Below the pieces are notes generated by a model. The model saw nothing but the letters and a program-made list of their open reading frames with translations. It had not been told where the DNA came from and ran no database searches. This document shows, piece by piece, positions 49,419-60,298 of a stretch of 64,000 bases of DNA. The stretch is from a bacterium (GTDB lineage: Bacteria; UBA8248), in the NCBI GenBank assembly GCA_965221165.1, contig CBDCRP010000003.1, forward strand, positions 416,001 through 480,000, in the 5' to 3' direction. The position numbers and the translations under genes are program-made. The first letter of the stretch is position 1. Every line of letters starts with the position of its first letter.

Positions 49419-50192
49419 ATGATAATCGACACGGACCGCCTGGATGATTACGACATCATCGATTTGAGCCACCCCTGGGGGCATGGCGCCCCGCTTTGGC
49501 CCTACTTTCCGGATCTCAAGATCGAAAGATTTCACTATCACGCCAAAAGCCAGGTGCTGAGCCAGCAAATCACCACCTTCATGCACTGCACCACCCACAC
49601 CGACGCTCCGGCGCACGTCATCGAGGGCATGCCGTTCATGGATCAGGTGCCGCTGGAAAGCTATTTCGGCAACGCCGTCTGCGTCGATATCCCCAAGGAA
49701 GAATGGGAAGTCATTACGCCCGAGGACCTCGAAAACGCAAAACCGGAGATTCGGCCAGGCGACATCGTCATCGTGCATACCGGGTGGCACCATTATTACG
49801 GCGACAACACCAAATATTTCATCTACTCCCCCGGCCTTTACCAAGAGGCGGGCGAATGGTTCGTGGAACGCGGCGTGAAGGGAGTGGGCGTAGACCAGCA
49901 GGCGCTCGATCATCCGCTGGGGACGAAAATAGCCTGGGGACCTCAGCCCATCTGCCCGTTCACCCTCGATGAATACGAAAACCGCTTCGGGCGCCCCACG
50001 AGCGAGGCTTTCCCCGATTGGGAGCCCTGCCACCGGGCGCTTCTGGGGAATGGAATCGTCGGTTTCGAGAACGTGGGTGGAGACATCGACAAGGTCGTGG
50101 GCAAACGATTCGCGCTGGCCGCATTTCCCTGGCGCTGGACGGGCGGCGACGGCTGTATCGTGAGGATGGTCGCGTTTTTACCGAAAAACTAG
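49419..50192 (+). CDS. Cyclase family / kynurenine formamidase-like metallohydrolase
   Basis: IDLSHP, HCTTHTDAPAH, HTGW, GVD, H..LL...ENV, GDG. Confidence 0.85.
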   Translation: MIIDTDRLDDYDIIDLSHPWGHGAPLWPYFPDLKIERFHYHAKSQVLSQQITTFMHCTTHTDAPAHVIEGMPFMDQVPLESYFGNAVCVDIPKEEWEVITPEDLENAKPEIRPGDIVIVHTGWHHYYGDNTKYFIYSPGLYQEAGEWFVERGVKGVGVDQQALDHPLGTKIAWGPQPICPFTLDEYENRFGRPTSEAFPDWEPCHRALLGNGIVGFENVGGDIDKVVGKRFALAAFPWRWTGGDGCIVRMVAFLPKN

Positions 50193-50521
50193 CCCGCAGC
50201 TACCGGTTCGGGTTTTTTCTTGTTGGTCTGCTTCGAGGTTGATTCACTCTTGGCCGCCGTCTCTTTCTTTTCAGAGGATTTACTATCTGATTTCGAATCG
50301 GAAGCGGTGCTCTGAGAGTCCGCCTCTTTGCTCTTGCCGTTCGAGGCGTAATCCGTTACATACCAGCCGTCGCCTTTCAGGTGGAAGGCGGAGCGGGAGA
50401 TTTTGCGCCTGAGTCTGAGCGCGCCGCAACTCGGGCATTTCCGGAGAGCGCTGGCCCCCATTTTCTGAATAACTTCGTGCTCATCTCCACATGCGCTGCA
50501 TTCATATTCGTAAATCGGCAC
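50189..50521 (-). CDS. FmdB family zinc-ribbon protein
   Basis: MPIYEYECSACG...CPSCG...FHLKGDGWYVTDY plus Ser/Lys tail. Confidence 0.88.
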   Translation of the reverse strand: MPIYEYECSACGDEHEVIQKMGASALRKCPSCGALRLRRKISRSAFHLKGDGWYVTDYASNGKSKEADSQSTASDSKSDSKSSEKKETAAKSESTSKQTNKKKPEPVAAG

Positions 50522-50540
50522 TTCGAATTTCTCCTCGTCG

Positions 50541-51454
50541 TTAAATAAACGTCAGCCAATCGAGCTTGCTCTCATCGCGCCCGTTCACGATCTCAAAGAA
50601 TGCGGATTGAATTCTCTTGGTCACCGGGCCGGGTTCTCCCGCGCCGATGGTCCTGTCGTCCACCTCCCGAATGGGGGTCACCTCGGCCGCCGTGCCGGTG
50701 AAGAAGGCCTCGTCCGCCACATAGACTTCATCTCGGGCGAAGGGAGCGACCTGCACTTCTACGCCCTGCTCATCAGCGAGCTGCACGATAGTGTCGCGCG
50801 TAATTCCCGCCAGCACGCCATGCAGCGGCGGTGTTTTGAGCACGCCGTCTCGAACGATAAAAATGTTCTCGCCCGAACCTTGGGTCACTAAACCCTCCGG
50901 GTCCAGCATGAGCGCCTCATCATATCCCGAACCCACGGCTTCGAGCTTCGCCATCTGGCTGACGGCGTAGTTGCCCGTGGTTTTCGCCTTGGTCATATAG
51001 CTGTTCGGGTGATGAGACGTAAAGGATGAAACCTTGACGCGAATACCTTTCGCCAACCCCTCCTCGCCCAGATACGCCCCCCAGCTCCAGACGCTACCAT
51101 CGCATGAGTGGGCGCCCCTTTGGGGTTCACCCCCATGGACCCGTAACCGAGCCAGATGAGCGGGCGGATGTAGCAAGCCTTCATATCGTTGGAGCGAATC
51201 GTCTCCAGCACCGCCTCGGTGAAGTCATCCTGCGTGACGGGCACGTCCAGACCCACAATCTGCGCGGAATCATAGAGCCTCCGCATGTGTTCTTCCAGGC
51301 GGAAAACGGCGGAGCCACGCTCGGTCTGATAGCAGCGAATCCCCTCGAATACCCCCAATCCGTAGTGCAGCGAATGCGTAAGGACATGAATTTTAGCTTC
51401 ATCCCAGGGAACGAATTTCCCGTCCATCCATATTTTTTCTGTTGCGCCTTCCAA
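50541..51454 (-). CDS. ilvE: Branched-chain amino acid aminotransferase (apparent 1-nt frameshift near 51092)
   Basis: N-half HSLHYGLGVFEGIRCY...YIRP; C-half WGAYLG...KAK..GNY...GITR...TGTAAE in the adjacent frame. Confidence 0.9.
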
Positions 51455-51582
51455 AAAAACATCCTCCAGCACTGTGGGATTGTGAGACCCGGAGTTTCGG
51501 ACAACCGCGCAAGTATAGTGATTCGATACGGATGGGCGCAAGCCTCCGAGACAAATAAATCATGCGCAATTTCCGGTCAAAA

Positions 51583-52566
51583 TCAGCCTTCGTACACCTC
51601 GGGGTTGAGCAGGGTCGCGGGATTCACCCGCTCTCCTCTCAATGCGGCCAGCACGTTCTCGCCGGCCAGCCGGTTCACACGCTCGCGCGCCTCGTGGCTC
51701 GCGCCGGCGAAGTGCGGCGTCACCACGGCATTCGGAAGTCCGAAAAGCGGATTGTCCGAATCCGGGGGTTCCTCCTCGAAAACATCGAGGCCCGCCGAGG
51801 CGATTTCGCCTTCCCTGAGCGCGTGGGCCAGTGCCGTCTCATCGATAATCGCCCCACGCGCGCAGTTCACGAGCACCGCCGATTTTTTCATCATCTGAAA
51901 CCTTTTGGCATCGAACATATGGCGCGTCTCGGGCGTCAGACTGCAATGAAGCGATATGAAATCAGACTGGCTAGTCAACTTATCCAAATCCACCGGTTCC
52001 ACACCCGCTTCTCGTATTGCCTCATCACCCACGAACGCGTCATACGCCATGATGCGACCCTGAAAACCGGACAGGAGCCGGGCCAGTTCCCGCCCGATGT
52101 TCCCGAAACCGACGATGCCGAACGTCGCCCCGCTCATCTCGTTGGCAATCCAGATGCCCTCGCGCCATCCCCCTTTTCTCAGCTTTTCCATCCCCTGGGG
52201 AATACGTCGGCTCGCGGCCAGCATCAGGCCCAGACCCGCTTCCGCCACGGCGACGGCATTCGCACCCGGGCAGTTCGTGACCGGAATTTTTCGCCTCGTC
52301 GCCGCGGGAATATCGATATTCTCCACCCCAACGCCAATCTTGGCGATAAGCTTCAGGCGAGTCGCGGCCTCGATTACCCGTTCGGTAATTTGCTCTCTTG
52401 AGGTCACCAGCAGGGCGTCCCATCCATGGGCATCACGCACCAATTCGTCTTCCGACCATTTTTGATGACCGCCGTCGCGGAACTCACCATGCGGCTCCAG
52501 CATGCTTCGCAACGATTCGATGGGCGCGCGCGGCTCCGGCACGAAAATAACGACGTTCTGGCTCAA
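51583..52566 (-). CDS. D-isomer-specific 2-hydroxyacid dehydrogenase (SerA-like, no ACT domain)
   Basis: GVGVENID, GFGNIG, NCARG, DVFEEEP, TPHFAG. Confidence 0.88.
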   Translation of the reverse strand: MSQNVVIFVPEPRAPIESLRSMLEPHGEFRDGGHQKWSEDELVRDAHGWDALLVTSREQITERVIEAATRLKLIAKIGVGVENIDIPAATRRKIPVTNCPGANAVAVAEAGLGLMLAASRRIPQGMEKLRKGGWREGIWIANEMSGATFGIVGFGNIGRELARLLSGFQGRIMAYDAFVGDEAIREAGVEPVDLDKLTSQSDFISLHCSLTPETRHMFDAKRFQMMKKSAVLVNCARGAIIDETALAHALREGEIASAGLDVFEEEPPDSDNPLFGLPNAVVTPHFAGASHEARERVNRLAGENVLAALRGERVNPATLLNPEVYEG

Positions 52567-52601
52567 AAACCACCCTCCATTCAGACCACCTCGCCAATCA
52601 G

Positions 52602-53411
52602 CTAGGTGCCGACAATCAATGTGGATGTTCGATCTCTGAGAAAGGAAAAAGCCGATAGATATGTCAATATACCCGTTCGATAATTTTCAGACGGCACGTT
52701 TTCAATACGGATAAAAGAGCGCCCGAATTCCCCCACCGCTTCGACCTCGTGGATGTTCCGATTGACCGTGGGATCACACACAATCCGTAGTTTCGTCCTG
52801 CGCGGCCCGATGCCCGCGAAGCTTACGGCGGCGGATACGTTCACGTTCGCTGGAAACGCTTTGCACGCTTCCAAGGGATTACCCTCAAAAATCACCGTCG
52901 GCTCATCAATGGCGTCGAGATCAATACCCTGGGTTTCGATATAGGGGGCCCCTTTGAGGCTCTCGGGTGGTTTTCGCGTCGTCATGGTGACGGATTCCAT
53001 GCTGCCGGCCGAGGCCCCCTTGAGACCGTCCAAACCAATAATGGCGCCCGAGGGAACGAAAATGCGGGAACCTCCCCGCTTCGCCTCTTCGATCAAATCA
53101 TCCCGATCGAGAAGAGCGCCCACGGAATTGACGATCACGTCTTTTCCTCGCGCGAAACTCTCATGGCAAATCGCCTCCACGGTATTTCCTCCCGAGGCTT
53201 CCATTACGACGTCTGCTTCTTGCGCCACGCCCGCCAGATCCGTCATGCGCGGCGGATTCTCGAGACCTGCCAGAAAATCTTTTACCTTTTCGAGCGTACG
53301 AGTCGCGGCAACCGGCACATCGACGGGTATTCTCCCTTCATCCACCGCCTTGACCACGGCCTTGCCTATGACGCCCAGACCCACGACCCCGAGTTTCATG
53401 ACGCGCTCCAT
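52602..53411 (-). CDS. nadX: L-aspartate dehydrogenase
   Basis: GLGVIG, SVGAL, PSGAIIGLD, TRKPP, FPANVNV, NIHE. Confidence 0.85.
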   Translation of the reverse strand: MERVMKLGVVGLGVIGKAVVKAVDEGRIPVDVPVAATRTLEKVKDFLAGLENPPRMTDLAGVAQEADVVMEASGGNTVEAICHESFARGKDVIVNSVGALLDRDDLIEEAKRGGSRIFVPSGAIIGLDGLKGASAGSMESVTMTTRKPPESLKGAPYIETQGIDLDAIDEPTVIFEGNPLEACKAFPANVNVSAAVSFAGIGPRRTKLRIVCDPTVNRNIHEVEAVGEFGRSFIRIENVPSENYRTGILTYLSAFSFLRDRTSTLIVGT

Positions 53412-53542
53412 GAGGAAACGGAAGTTATTTCAGTAACTTTACTCGATATACCTCAACCTAAATCGCCAAGGCTCGCAACGCGTTTCATCACGTTGTTGAA
53501 TCCGCATAACTTACAAAATCCATGATGGACTTCCAAAGGCGC

Positions 53543-54625
53543 TCAATCGGGCTCACCGATGCGGCTCCCCAAGCCGAGACGCCAATGATCCGCCAAAACG
53601 AGCGCCATCATCGCCTCGCCGATGGGCACCGCCCTCGTCGCCACGCAGGGGTCGTGCCGTCCCTCCACCTTCACGGTCGTTTTTTCGCCTGAGGTCGTCA
53701 CCGTGTCCTGTTCGAGCAAAATGGAGGAGGTCGGCTTTACGGCGAAGCGAACCACCACCGGCGCGCCCGTGGATATGCCGCCCAAAATTCCGCCCGCGTT
53801 GTTCGTCCTCACCCTCGGCTCTCCGTTTTGCATCTCGAACGGATCGTTGTTCTCGGAACCCCGCATTCCGGCGGCCCGAAAGCCGGAGCCGATTTCCACC
53901 CCTTTCACCGCGTTGATGCTCATCATCGCCGCCGCAAGATCGGAGTCGAGACGCCCATAAAGCGGCTCTCCCCAACCAGGGGGAACGCCATCGGCCTGAA
54001 TGGTGATGGCGCCGCCCACTGAATCGCCCTCCTTGCGGGCCTCGAGAATGGCCGCCTCCATCCGGGACGCCGTTTCCGCATCCGGGCAGCGAACGATGTT
54101 TCGCTCTATCTCGTCCGCATCGAAGCACGCGCCGTCCCAGCGAATCTCTCCTACCTGATCGACGTAGCCCAAAATCGAAATGCCGAGGCGGGCGAGGAGT
54201 TTCTTGGCTATCGCTCCCGCCGCAACGCGCGCGACCGTCTCCCGCGCACTGGAACGCCCCCCGCCCCGGTGGTCCCGAATCCCCCACTTCTGGATGTAGG
54301 TGAAATCCGCGTGTCCCGGGCGAAACAGGTTGCGCAAGGGTTCGTATTTACTCGAATCGGCGTCTTTGTTTCGGATGAGTATCGAGATGGGATGCCCGGT
54401 CGTCTCGCCCTCGAAGACGCCGGACAATATCTCCGCCCGGTCCTCTTCTTTTCTCTGGGTCGTCACCCGGCTCTGGCCCGGCCGCCTGCGATCCAAATCC
54501 CGCTGGAGGTCGGCTTCATCCAGCGGCAGACCCGCCGGACAGCCGTCCACCACGACGCCCAAGGCGGGGCCATGCGACTCCCCCCACGTTGTAAAACGAA
54601 ACAAACGGCCAAACGTGTTCGACAC
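53543..54625 (-). CDS. aroC: Chorismate synthase
   Basis: GESHG, RPGHAD, RSSARET, GRHDPC. Confidence 0.97.
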   Translation of the reverse strand: MSNTFGRLFRFTTWGESHGPALGVVVDGCPAGLPLDEADLQRDLDRRRPGQSRVTTQRKEEDRAEILSGVFEGETTGHPISILIRNKDADSSKYEPLRNLFRPGHADFTYIQKWGIRDHRGGGRSSARETVARVAAGAIAKKLLARLGISILGYVDQVGEIRWDGACFDADEIERNIVRCPDAETASRMEAAILEARKEGDSVGGAITIQADGVPPGWGEPLYGRLDSDLAAAMMSINAVKGVEIGSGFRAAGMRGSENNDPFEMQNGEPRVRTNNAGGILGGISTGAPVVVRFAVKPTSSILLEQDTVTTSGEKTTVKVEGRHDPCVATRAVPIGEAMMALVLADHWRLGLGSRIGEPD

Positions 54626-54636
54626 GATTTCCCTCT

Positions 54637-55176
54637 CTACAATTCAGTCTTCGCCAGCTCCGCGAGTATTTCAGGCAGAACCGCCGCGACAACCTCCTCA
54701 GGAGCGCGCGAGTTCTCCACGATCAATTTCGCGAGTTCTTCATAGCGCGGAACGCGCTTTTTGAAAAGCAGACGCAACGCTTCTTCGGGATTCGCCTCGT
54801 TTTCGAGATAGGCGGGCCAGCCATCGGCCCGCACCCTCTCGATGATATCATTCTCCGGCACCTGGAGATAAACCACGCAGTGGGGAGCAAGCAGCAAATC
54901 GACACTATGCGCCATCGGGGTTCCACCGCCCAAGGCGAGAACTTGGCACTCCCGGCCCAATCGTTCGCGCAGCAACTGATTTTCGAGCGCACGGAAGGAT
55001 TCTTCTCCTCTCGTTCTAAAAACCTCGCGAAACCCCAGCCGCTCTCCTGTCTCCTCGAAATGTCTTTGTTCGATCAAATAGTCGAGATCATGAAAAGTAA
55101 ACCCCATTTTTCCGGCGAGTAAATGTCCGATGGTCGACTTACCACATCCCTTGAAACCGATGAGCACGACGCTCAA
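54637..55176 (-). CDS. aroK: Shikimate kinase
   Basis: [19 protein letters not shown]. Confidence 0.9.
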   Translation of the reverse strand: MSVVLIGFKGCGKSTIGHLLAGKMGFTFHDLDYLIEQRHFEETGERLGFREVFRTRGEESFRALENQLLRERLGRECQVLALGGGTPMAHSVDLLLAPHCVVYLQVPENDIIERVRADGWPAYLENEANPEEALRLLFKKRVPRYEELAKLIVENSRAPEEVVAAVLPEILAELAKTEL

Positions 55177-56162
55177 GAGGAACCCTCCATACGAGACTCC
55201 AGTTCCAGATACCGAGATACCTTATCATGCGCCTTTTCCAACATAACCCCGAATTCCTTTTCCAGGGGTTCATACCAGTCAACGCCCTCGAGCTTGCGGA
55301 ACCATGTGCGCTGCCGTTTCGCGTAGTTGCGGTGCAGCCTGGAAATTGCCAGAACCGCCTCATCCTCGGCCATCTGTCCCCTGCGAAACGCGAGGGCTTC
55401 CTGGAATCCAAGACCCTCGAAAACCCGGGCGCCGCTGAGATTCATCTCGGCCAGCATCGCCACCTCATCCAGCATCCCGTTCTCTAGCATCCGCCGCACC
55501 CTGTGCTCGATCAGCTCGGCGAGGACAGATGCCGGATACCTGAGACCAATATACAACGGAGACGTGAACCTGGGCCCTTTTTGCTCGGCCCGCAAGCGTG
55601 AAACTGGCCGCCCCGTCGTTTCATAGACCTCCAGGGCGCGAACCACCCGCCGCAGGTCGTTGGGGTGTAGTTTCGCGGCTGTTTCGGGGTCGACCGCAGC
55701 GAGGCGCTCGTACATGGCCACATGCCCCAGCTTTGAAGCCTCTGCCTCCAATCGACCCCTTATTTCGGGCTGCGCTTCAGGCCCATCGAAAAACCCTTCC
55801 ACCAAAGCGCGGATATATAAACCGCTCCCTCCTACTACGAGCGGGTATGCGCCTCTGCGATGAATATCCGCGATGCAAAGAATCGCCTCATCCGCATAGC
55901 GCACTGCGCTATACGTCTCCCCCAGTTCCGCGACATCCATCATATGGTGCGGCACGCCGCCACGCTCATCCAAACCGGGCTTAGCGGTGCCCACGCCGAT
56001 ACCTCGATAAATCTGCCTGGCGTCGGCGCTGACTATTTCTAGAGACACTCCCTCCTCCCGGAAGCGCCTGGCCAGCGCCACGCCAAAAGCCGTTTTGCCT
56101 GAACACGTGGTTCCCACAACAATGATGATGGGGCGTGGATTTCCAGATGGCTTGCGATTCAT
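55173..56162 (-). CDS. miaA: tRNA dimethylallyltransferase
   Basis: GTTCSGKT, GTAKP, VGGSGLY, RALEV, YAKRQ.TWF. Confidence 0.95.
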   Translation of the reverse strand: MNRKPSGNPRPIIIVVGTTCSGKTAFGVALARRFREEGVSLEIVSADARQIYRGIGVGTAKPGLDERGGVPHHMMDVAELGETYSAVRYADEAILCIADIHRRGAYPLVVGGSGLYIRALVEGFFDGPEAQPEIRGRLEAEASKLGHVAMYERLAAVDPETAAKLHPNDLRRVVRALEVYETTGRPVSRLRAEQKGPRFTSPLYIGLRYPASVLAELIEHRVRRMLENGMLDEVAMLAEMNLSGARVFEGLGFQEALAFRRGQMAEDEAVLAISRLHRNYAKRQRTWFRKLEGVDWYEPLEKEFGVMLEKAHDKVSRYLELESRMEGSS

Positions 56163-56278
56163 GGGTTTGGAGCTTCAGGCGGAGGTGAGTTGCTTCGCCA
56201 AAAGATGAAAAATTCTTGGAAGCATCTCATTTCCAGGTCGGGCATGAGAGCGAGCAAAGGGGTCGACTCGCTTCAAAC

Positions 56279-56806
56279 TCAAAGCGCTTCGAGCGCGTCC
56301 TGAAACGCGGCCAAGTCGGCATCCGAAAACAGGACGAACTCTATACGGGTAAGCATACCTGTCGGCGTCTGCAGGTGCGCCATGCTGGCCTCGAGCATAC
56401 GGGAGGCGACCATCTTCACATTCAAGCCACCGACGCCTGTGCCGATGGCTGGAAACGCGATGCTGCTCAGCGAATTCTCCTCGGCCACCTCTAGGCTCGC
56501 CCGGGTGCAGGCTTCCAAGATATCGGGCGAGGTTCGCAGGTCCGTCCCCATACCAGCCGCATGAATCACGTGTCGGGCGGGGAGTTCGCCGCCATCCGTG
56601 ATTACGGCATCCCCGATCCGAATCGGCCCTTTGGATACCGCCTCGTCCTCTATCGCCTCCCCGCCCTTTCTCTTGATGGCGCCCGCCACGCCCGCACCCA
56701 TCCAGAGATGGTTGTTTGCCGCGTTCACTATGGCATCCACATCGGATTCGGTGATGTCGCCCTGCCGAAGAACCACGCATCCACGACCGACGCGCTTTTC
56801 ATTCAT
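56279..56806 (-). CDS. Macro domain protein (O-acetyl-ADP-ribose deacetylase-like)
   Basis: GDIT, AIVNAAN..L.MGAGVAGAI, VIHA, FPAIGTG. Confidence 0.9.
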   Translation of the reverse strand: MNEKRVGRGCVVLRQGDITESDVDAIVNAANNHLWMGAGVAGAIKRKGGEAIEDEAVSKGPIRIGDAVITDGGELPARHVIHAAGMGTDLRTSPDILEACTRASLEVAEENSLSSIAFPAIGTGVGGLNVKMVASRMLEASMAHLQTPTGMLTRIEFVLFSDADLAAFQDALEAL

Positions 56807-56866
56807 GAGAAAAAGTTCCGATTGGGCGGGATTGTCCCGGGGGACGCGCTACCTGAAAACGCTTTA

Positions 56867-57259
56867 TTAGAAGAGGGAATCATCCTCCGACGATTCCCCA
56901 TACGCATCTGAATCAGTCGGCGCGGAAGCGCCACTACCTGAGGGATCGGGCACTCCCCCATCATCCCCGAAAGAAGCGGGTCCGAAGTGATCGACCATCT
57001 GCCTTAATTCTTTCCCCGCCTTGAAGAAAGGCACCTTCTTGGGCGGAATCGCCACCGCCTCACCCGTTCTCGGGTTTCGGCCGTCACGACTGTTGCGCGA
57101 ACGAACGCGGAAACTCCCGAAACCACGCAACTCCACCTTATCGCCTTGCGACAAGGCGCCCATGATGCTCCCGAAAACGATATTCACAACGCGCTCGGTG
57201 TCTTTTTTCGTGAGATTGATTTTCTCAGCTATCTGCTCAACCAACTCGGCCTTAGTCAT
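56867..57259 (-). CDS. ihfB: Integration host factor beta / HU-family protein with acidic tail
   Basis: MTKAEL, VELRGFGSF, GRNPRTG, FKAGKEL; follows rpsA. Confidence 0.88.
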   Translation of the reverse strand: MTKAELVEQIAEKINLTKKDTERVVNIVFGSIMGALSQGDKVELRGFGSFRVRSRNSRDGRNPRTGEAVAIPPKKVPFFKAGKELRQMVDHFGPASFGDDGGVPDPSGSGASAPTDSDAYGESSEDDSLF

Positions 57260-57621
57260 GAGAATCATCATCCTCCCTAGGAGCGCGATGGATACATTCG
57301 CGTTTCGGGGAATTCAAGTTTCTGACTTTTAGATTTGGCTCTACTCCAAGTGTAGTCAGTGAATCAAACGAGAAAACATACGCGTCATGTTTCATAGCCG
57401 TTACTACTTCGCGCCACCCCCACGGTGCGGGCGATCTTCTAAATCCCCGCCTCGGATGCCAAACATTCATGGCATACCCGACAAAAAATGCGGGAACAGC
57501 ACATACAAAAGAGAGTAAATCCGCACCTCCTCGCCCACCGTTCAAACGACGAGGCGTCTCGCAATCCTGAATACCACACAATTTATCGGATGGGCTTCAT
57601 ACCATCCAGTCGTTATTCCGC

Positions 57622-59424
57622 TTACTCATCCGCCTCGGGCGCAGCCTCCGCAACAACTTCCGCCTCTTGTTCGTCCTCTACCTCTTCTACTACCTCGTCC
57701 GAGGGCGCGCTTTCTTCTTCGATCGGCTCTAGGGGCTGAGGCGCCCGGCTGATGAGTGGATCCTCACCGGTAGACTCCACATAAGCGCGGATGCTCAAAC
57801 CCAGCCTTCTTTGTTCCCGATCGATTTTGATGACGCGCATTTTAAACACGTCGCCCACATGCACCACATCCTCGGGCTCTTTCACCTTATCCGAATCCAA
57901 TTCGGAGATGTGGACCAGCCCCTCCAAATCTTCCTCAGGAGCCGCGAATACACCGAAGTTCGTAATTTTCGTGATTTTGGCCTCGATATCATCATCCTTC
58001 GCGTAGCGGTCATTGATGTCGTCCCAGGGATCCGGGGTGATTTGCTTCATCCCAAGAGAGAGACGCTCCTTCTCTACATCCACGCTCAAGACTACAGCCT
58101 CGATCTCCTGGCCCTTGCGCAGGATTTCAGAGGGGTGTTTGAAGCGCTGGGTCCAGGAAATGTCCGAAATATGGATGAGGCCGTCGATGCCCTCATCCAG
58201 GGCCACAAAGGCGCCGAATTCCGTCAAATTGCGGATGCTGCCCGTCACGCGCATCCCCACGGGGTATTTCTCCTCCACCGTAGTCCACGGGTTGGCCTCC
58301 ACCTGCTTCATACCTAGGGAGATTCTGCGGCCCTCTTTATCCAAATTCAAAACGACGGCTTCCACCACATCGCCCACCGCAACGAATTTCGAGGGATGGC
58401 GAACGCGCCTCGTCCAGGACATTTCAGATACATGCACCAAGCCTTCCACTCCCTGTTCGAGTTCAACGAAAGCGCCGTAGTCGGTGATGGAGACGACACG
58501 GCCCCGAACCTTGCCAGTCATGGGGTATTTGATTTCGACATTCTCCCAAGGGTCCGGGGTGATTTGCTTGTGCCCCAAGGAGACGCGCTCGCGCTCCTTG
58601 TCGTACTTGAGCACGATGACCTTGACACTGTCTCCGATGGAGAGAAGCTCGCTCGGGTGGCTCACCCGTCCCCAGGACATATCCGTGATATGAAGCAAGC
58701 CGTCTATTCCGCCGAGGTCGATGAACGCTCCGTAGTCGGTGATGTTCTTGACGATGCCTACCTTCTCCATGCCTTCCGTGAGGTTCGCGAGCGTCTCGCG
58801 CTTGAGTTCCGCTCTTTCATCCTCAAGCAGCACGCGCCTGGAGAGAACGATGTTCCCGCGCTTTCTGTTGAGCTTGATGATCTTCATGTCAAAAGATTTG
58901 CCAATAAACTGATCGAGGTTCCTCACCGGCCTCAAATCGACCTGGGAACCCGGCAAAAAGGCCTTGAGTCCGATGTCGACCGTAAGGCCCCCCTTGATGC
59001 GGGCGACGACCTCGCCCTGGATAATCTCGTCGTTGTCATGAGCTTTACTAATCTCGTCCCATATCTTGATTCGGTTGGCTTTCTCTTTCGAGAGCACGAT
59101 GAGACCATCGTCATCCTCACGCTCTTCGACAAAAACCTCCACCCTGTCTCCAGGCTTAAGATCCCGCCCGCGGCTCGGAAATTCAAAACGTGGCACCAAA
59201 CCCTCTGATTTATAACCTACATCCACGAGCACATATTCACCTTCCATCCCCACAACCGTTCCTTCGATGATTTCTCCATCCTGCACCAGCATAGTGGAGG
59301 CGTATAAATCATCCATTTGCTCAGGGGAAAGAGTGTCAGGATCCACTTCATCCGGGAGCAATTCGGCCACTTTCGATGAGAAGGCGGGCTGAGCCTCGGA
59401 TTCGTTAGAGGAAGTTTCGTTCAT
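57622..59424 (-). CDS. rpsA: 30S ribosomal protein S1
   Basis: Six S1 repeats (KSEG, AFLPGSQ, DYGAF..GLLH). Confidence 0.97.
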   Translation of the reverse strand: MNETSSNESEAQPAFSSKVAELLPDEVDPDTLSPEQMDDLYASTMLVQDGEIIEGTVVGMEGEYVLVDVGYKSEGLVPRFEFPSRGRDLKPGDRVEVFVEEREDDDGLIVLSKEKANRIKIWDEISKAHDNDEIIQGEVVARIKGGLTVDIGLKAFLPGSQVDLRPVRNLDQFIGKSFDMKIIKLNRKRGNIVLSRRVLLEDERAELKRETLANLTEGMEKVGIVKNITDYGAFIDLGGIDGLLHITDMSWGRVSHPSELLSIGDSVKVIVLKYDKERERVSLGHKQITPDPWENVEIKYPMTGKVRGRVVSITDYGAFVELEQGVEGLVHVSEMSWTRRVRHPSKFVAVGDVVEAVVLNLDKEGRRISLGMKQVEANPWTTVEEKYPVGMRVTGSIRNLTEFGAFVALDEGIDGLIHISDISWTQRFKHPSEILRKGQEIEAVVLSVDVEKERLSLGMKQITPDPWDDINDRYAKDDDIEAKITKITNFGVFAAPEEDLEGLVHISELDSDKVKEPEDVVHVGDVFKMRVIKIDREQRRLGLSIRAYVESTGEDPLISRAPQPLEPIEEESAPSDEVVEEVEDEQEAEVVAEAAPEADE

Positions 59425-59560
59425 CTGTTTGCGTTACCTCGTTTTGAGAAAAGAAAATTGCCGTCACGGCTCAAGCGTCCATCGCTATCGCAGTCACTGG
59501 CATGAAATTGGTGGAAAAAAATCATACTACACCCGAGAAAGGAGAGAATCAACTCGCAAC

Positions 59561-60298
59561 TCAAGCATCCTCAATGGCTTCCCCGTAAACCAAGCGGATT
59601 TTCTCTAACATGAGCTCAAGCACCTGATCAACGCCCATATCGCTTGTTTGGATATCCACGGCGTCCTCGGCCCTGCGCAGCGGTGCGCTCGCCCTGTGGC
59701 GATCTCTCTCGTCCCTGCGCTTCAAGTCTTCGCGCAGATGATCGGGGTGAAAGGAGACTCCCCTCGCCTTGAGTTCGGCGAAGCGCCGCTGGATACGCAC
59801 CTCGATGTCCGCGTCGAGAAAAAACTTAAGCCTGACTTCCGGGAAAACGACCGTGCCTATGTCGCGCCCATCAATGACAGCCCCGCGCTCTCGTCCAAAA
59901 TTCCTTTGAAAATCGAGCAGCACAGCCCGCACTTCAGGCATCGCCGACACTCGCGACGCCATATCGCTTATCTCTTCGTCGCGGAGAGCATCGGTAACGT
60001 CTTCTCCATCCAGAATGTTCTTCCAGCCACTCCCCTCTTTCCGGCACTCGAAACGCAAATCACGCGCGGAGGCGATGGCCCGGCCCTCGAAATCACTTTC
60101 TCGATTTTTCTTCAAAACCTGATAGCCTACCGCCCGGTAGAGCGCCCCACTCTCGAGGTAGTCGAAACCCAACCTCTCCGCGATCCCTTTGGCCGCCGTG
60201 CTCTTGCCCGAACCAGCCGGGCCATCGATGGGAATGACGATGCCGGCTGATTTTCGGCGCGATTTCTCTCTCAAGCCCACCCCTTTTTCCGCGCCCAT
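59561..60298 (-). CDS. cmk: Cytidylate kinase
   Basis: IDGPAGSGKST, GALYR, DGRDIGTVVFP. Confidence 0.95.
   Translation of the reverse strand: MGAEKGVGLREKSRRKSAGIVIPIDGPAGSGKSTAAKGIAERLGFDYLESGALYRAVGYQVLKKNRESDFEGRAIASARDLRFECRKEGSGWKNILDGEDVTDALRDEEISDMASRVSAMPEVRAVLLDFQRNFGRERGAVIDGRDIGTVVFPEVRLKFFLDADIEVRIQRRFAELKARGVSFHPDHLREDLKRRDERDRHRASAPLRRAEDAVDIQTSDMGVDQVLELMLEKIRLVYGEAIEDA

Noticed and set aside
57272-57621. 350-bp rpsA-ihfB spacer as a possible ncRNA or ORF
   Set aside because: No convincing structure or coding signal seen.
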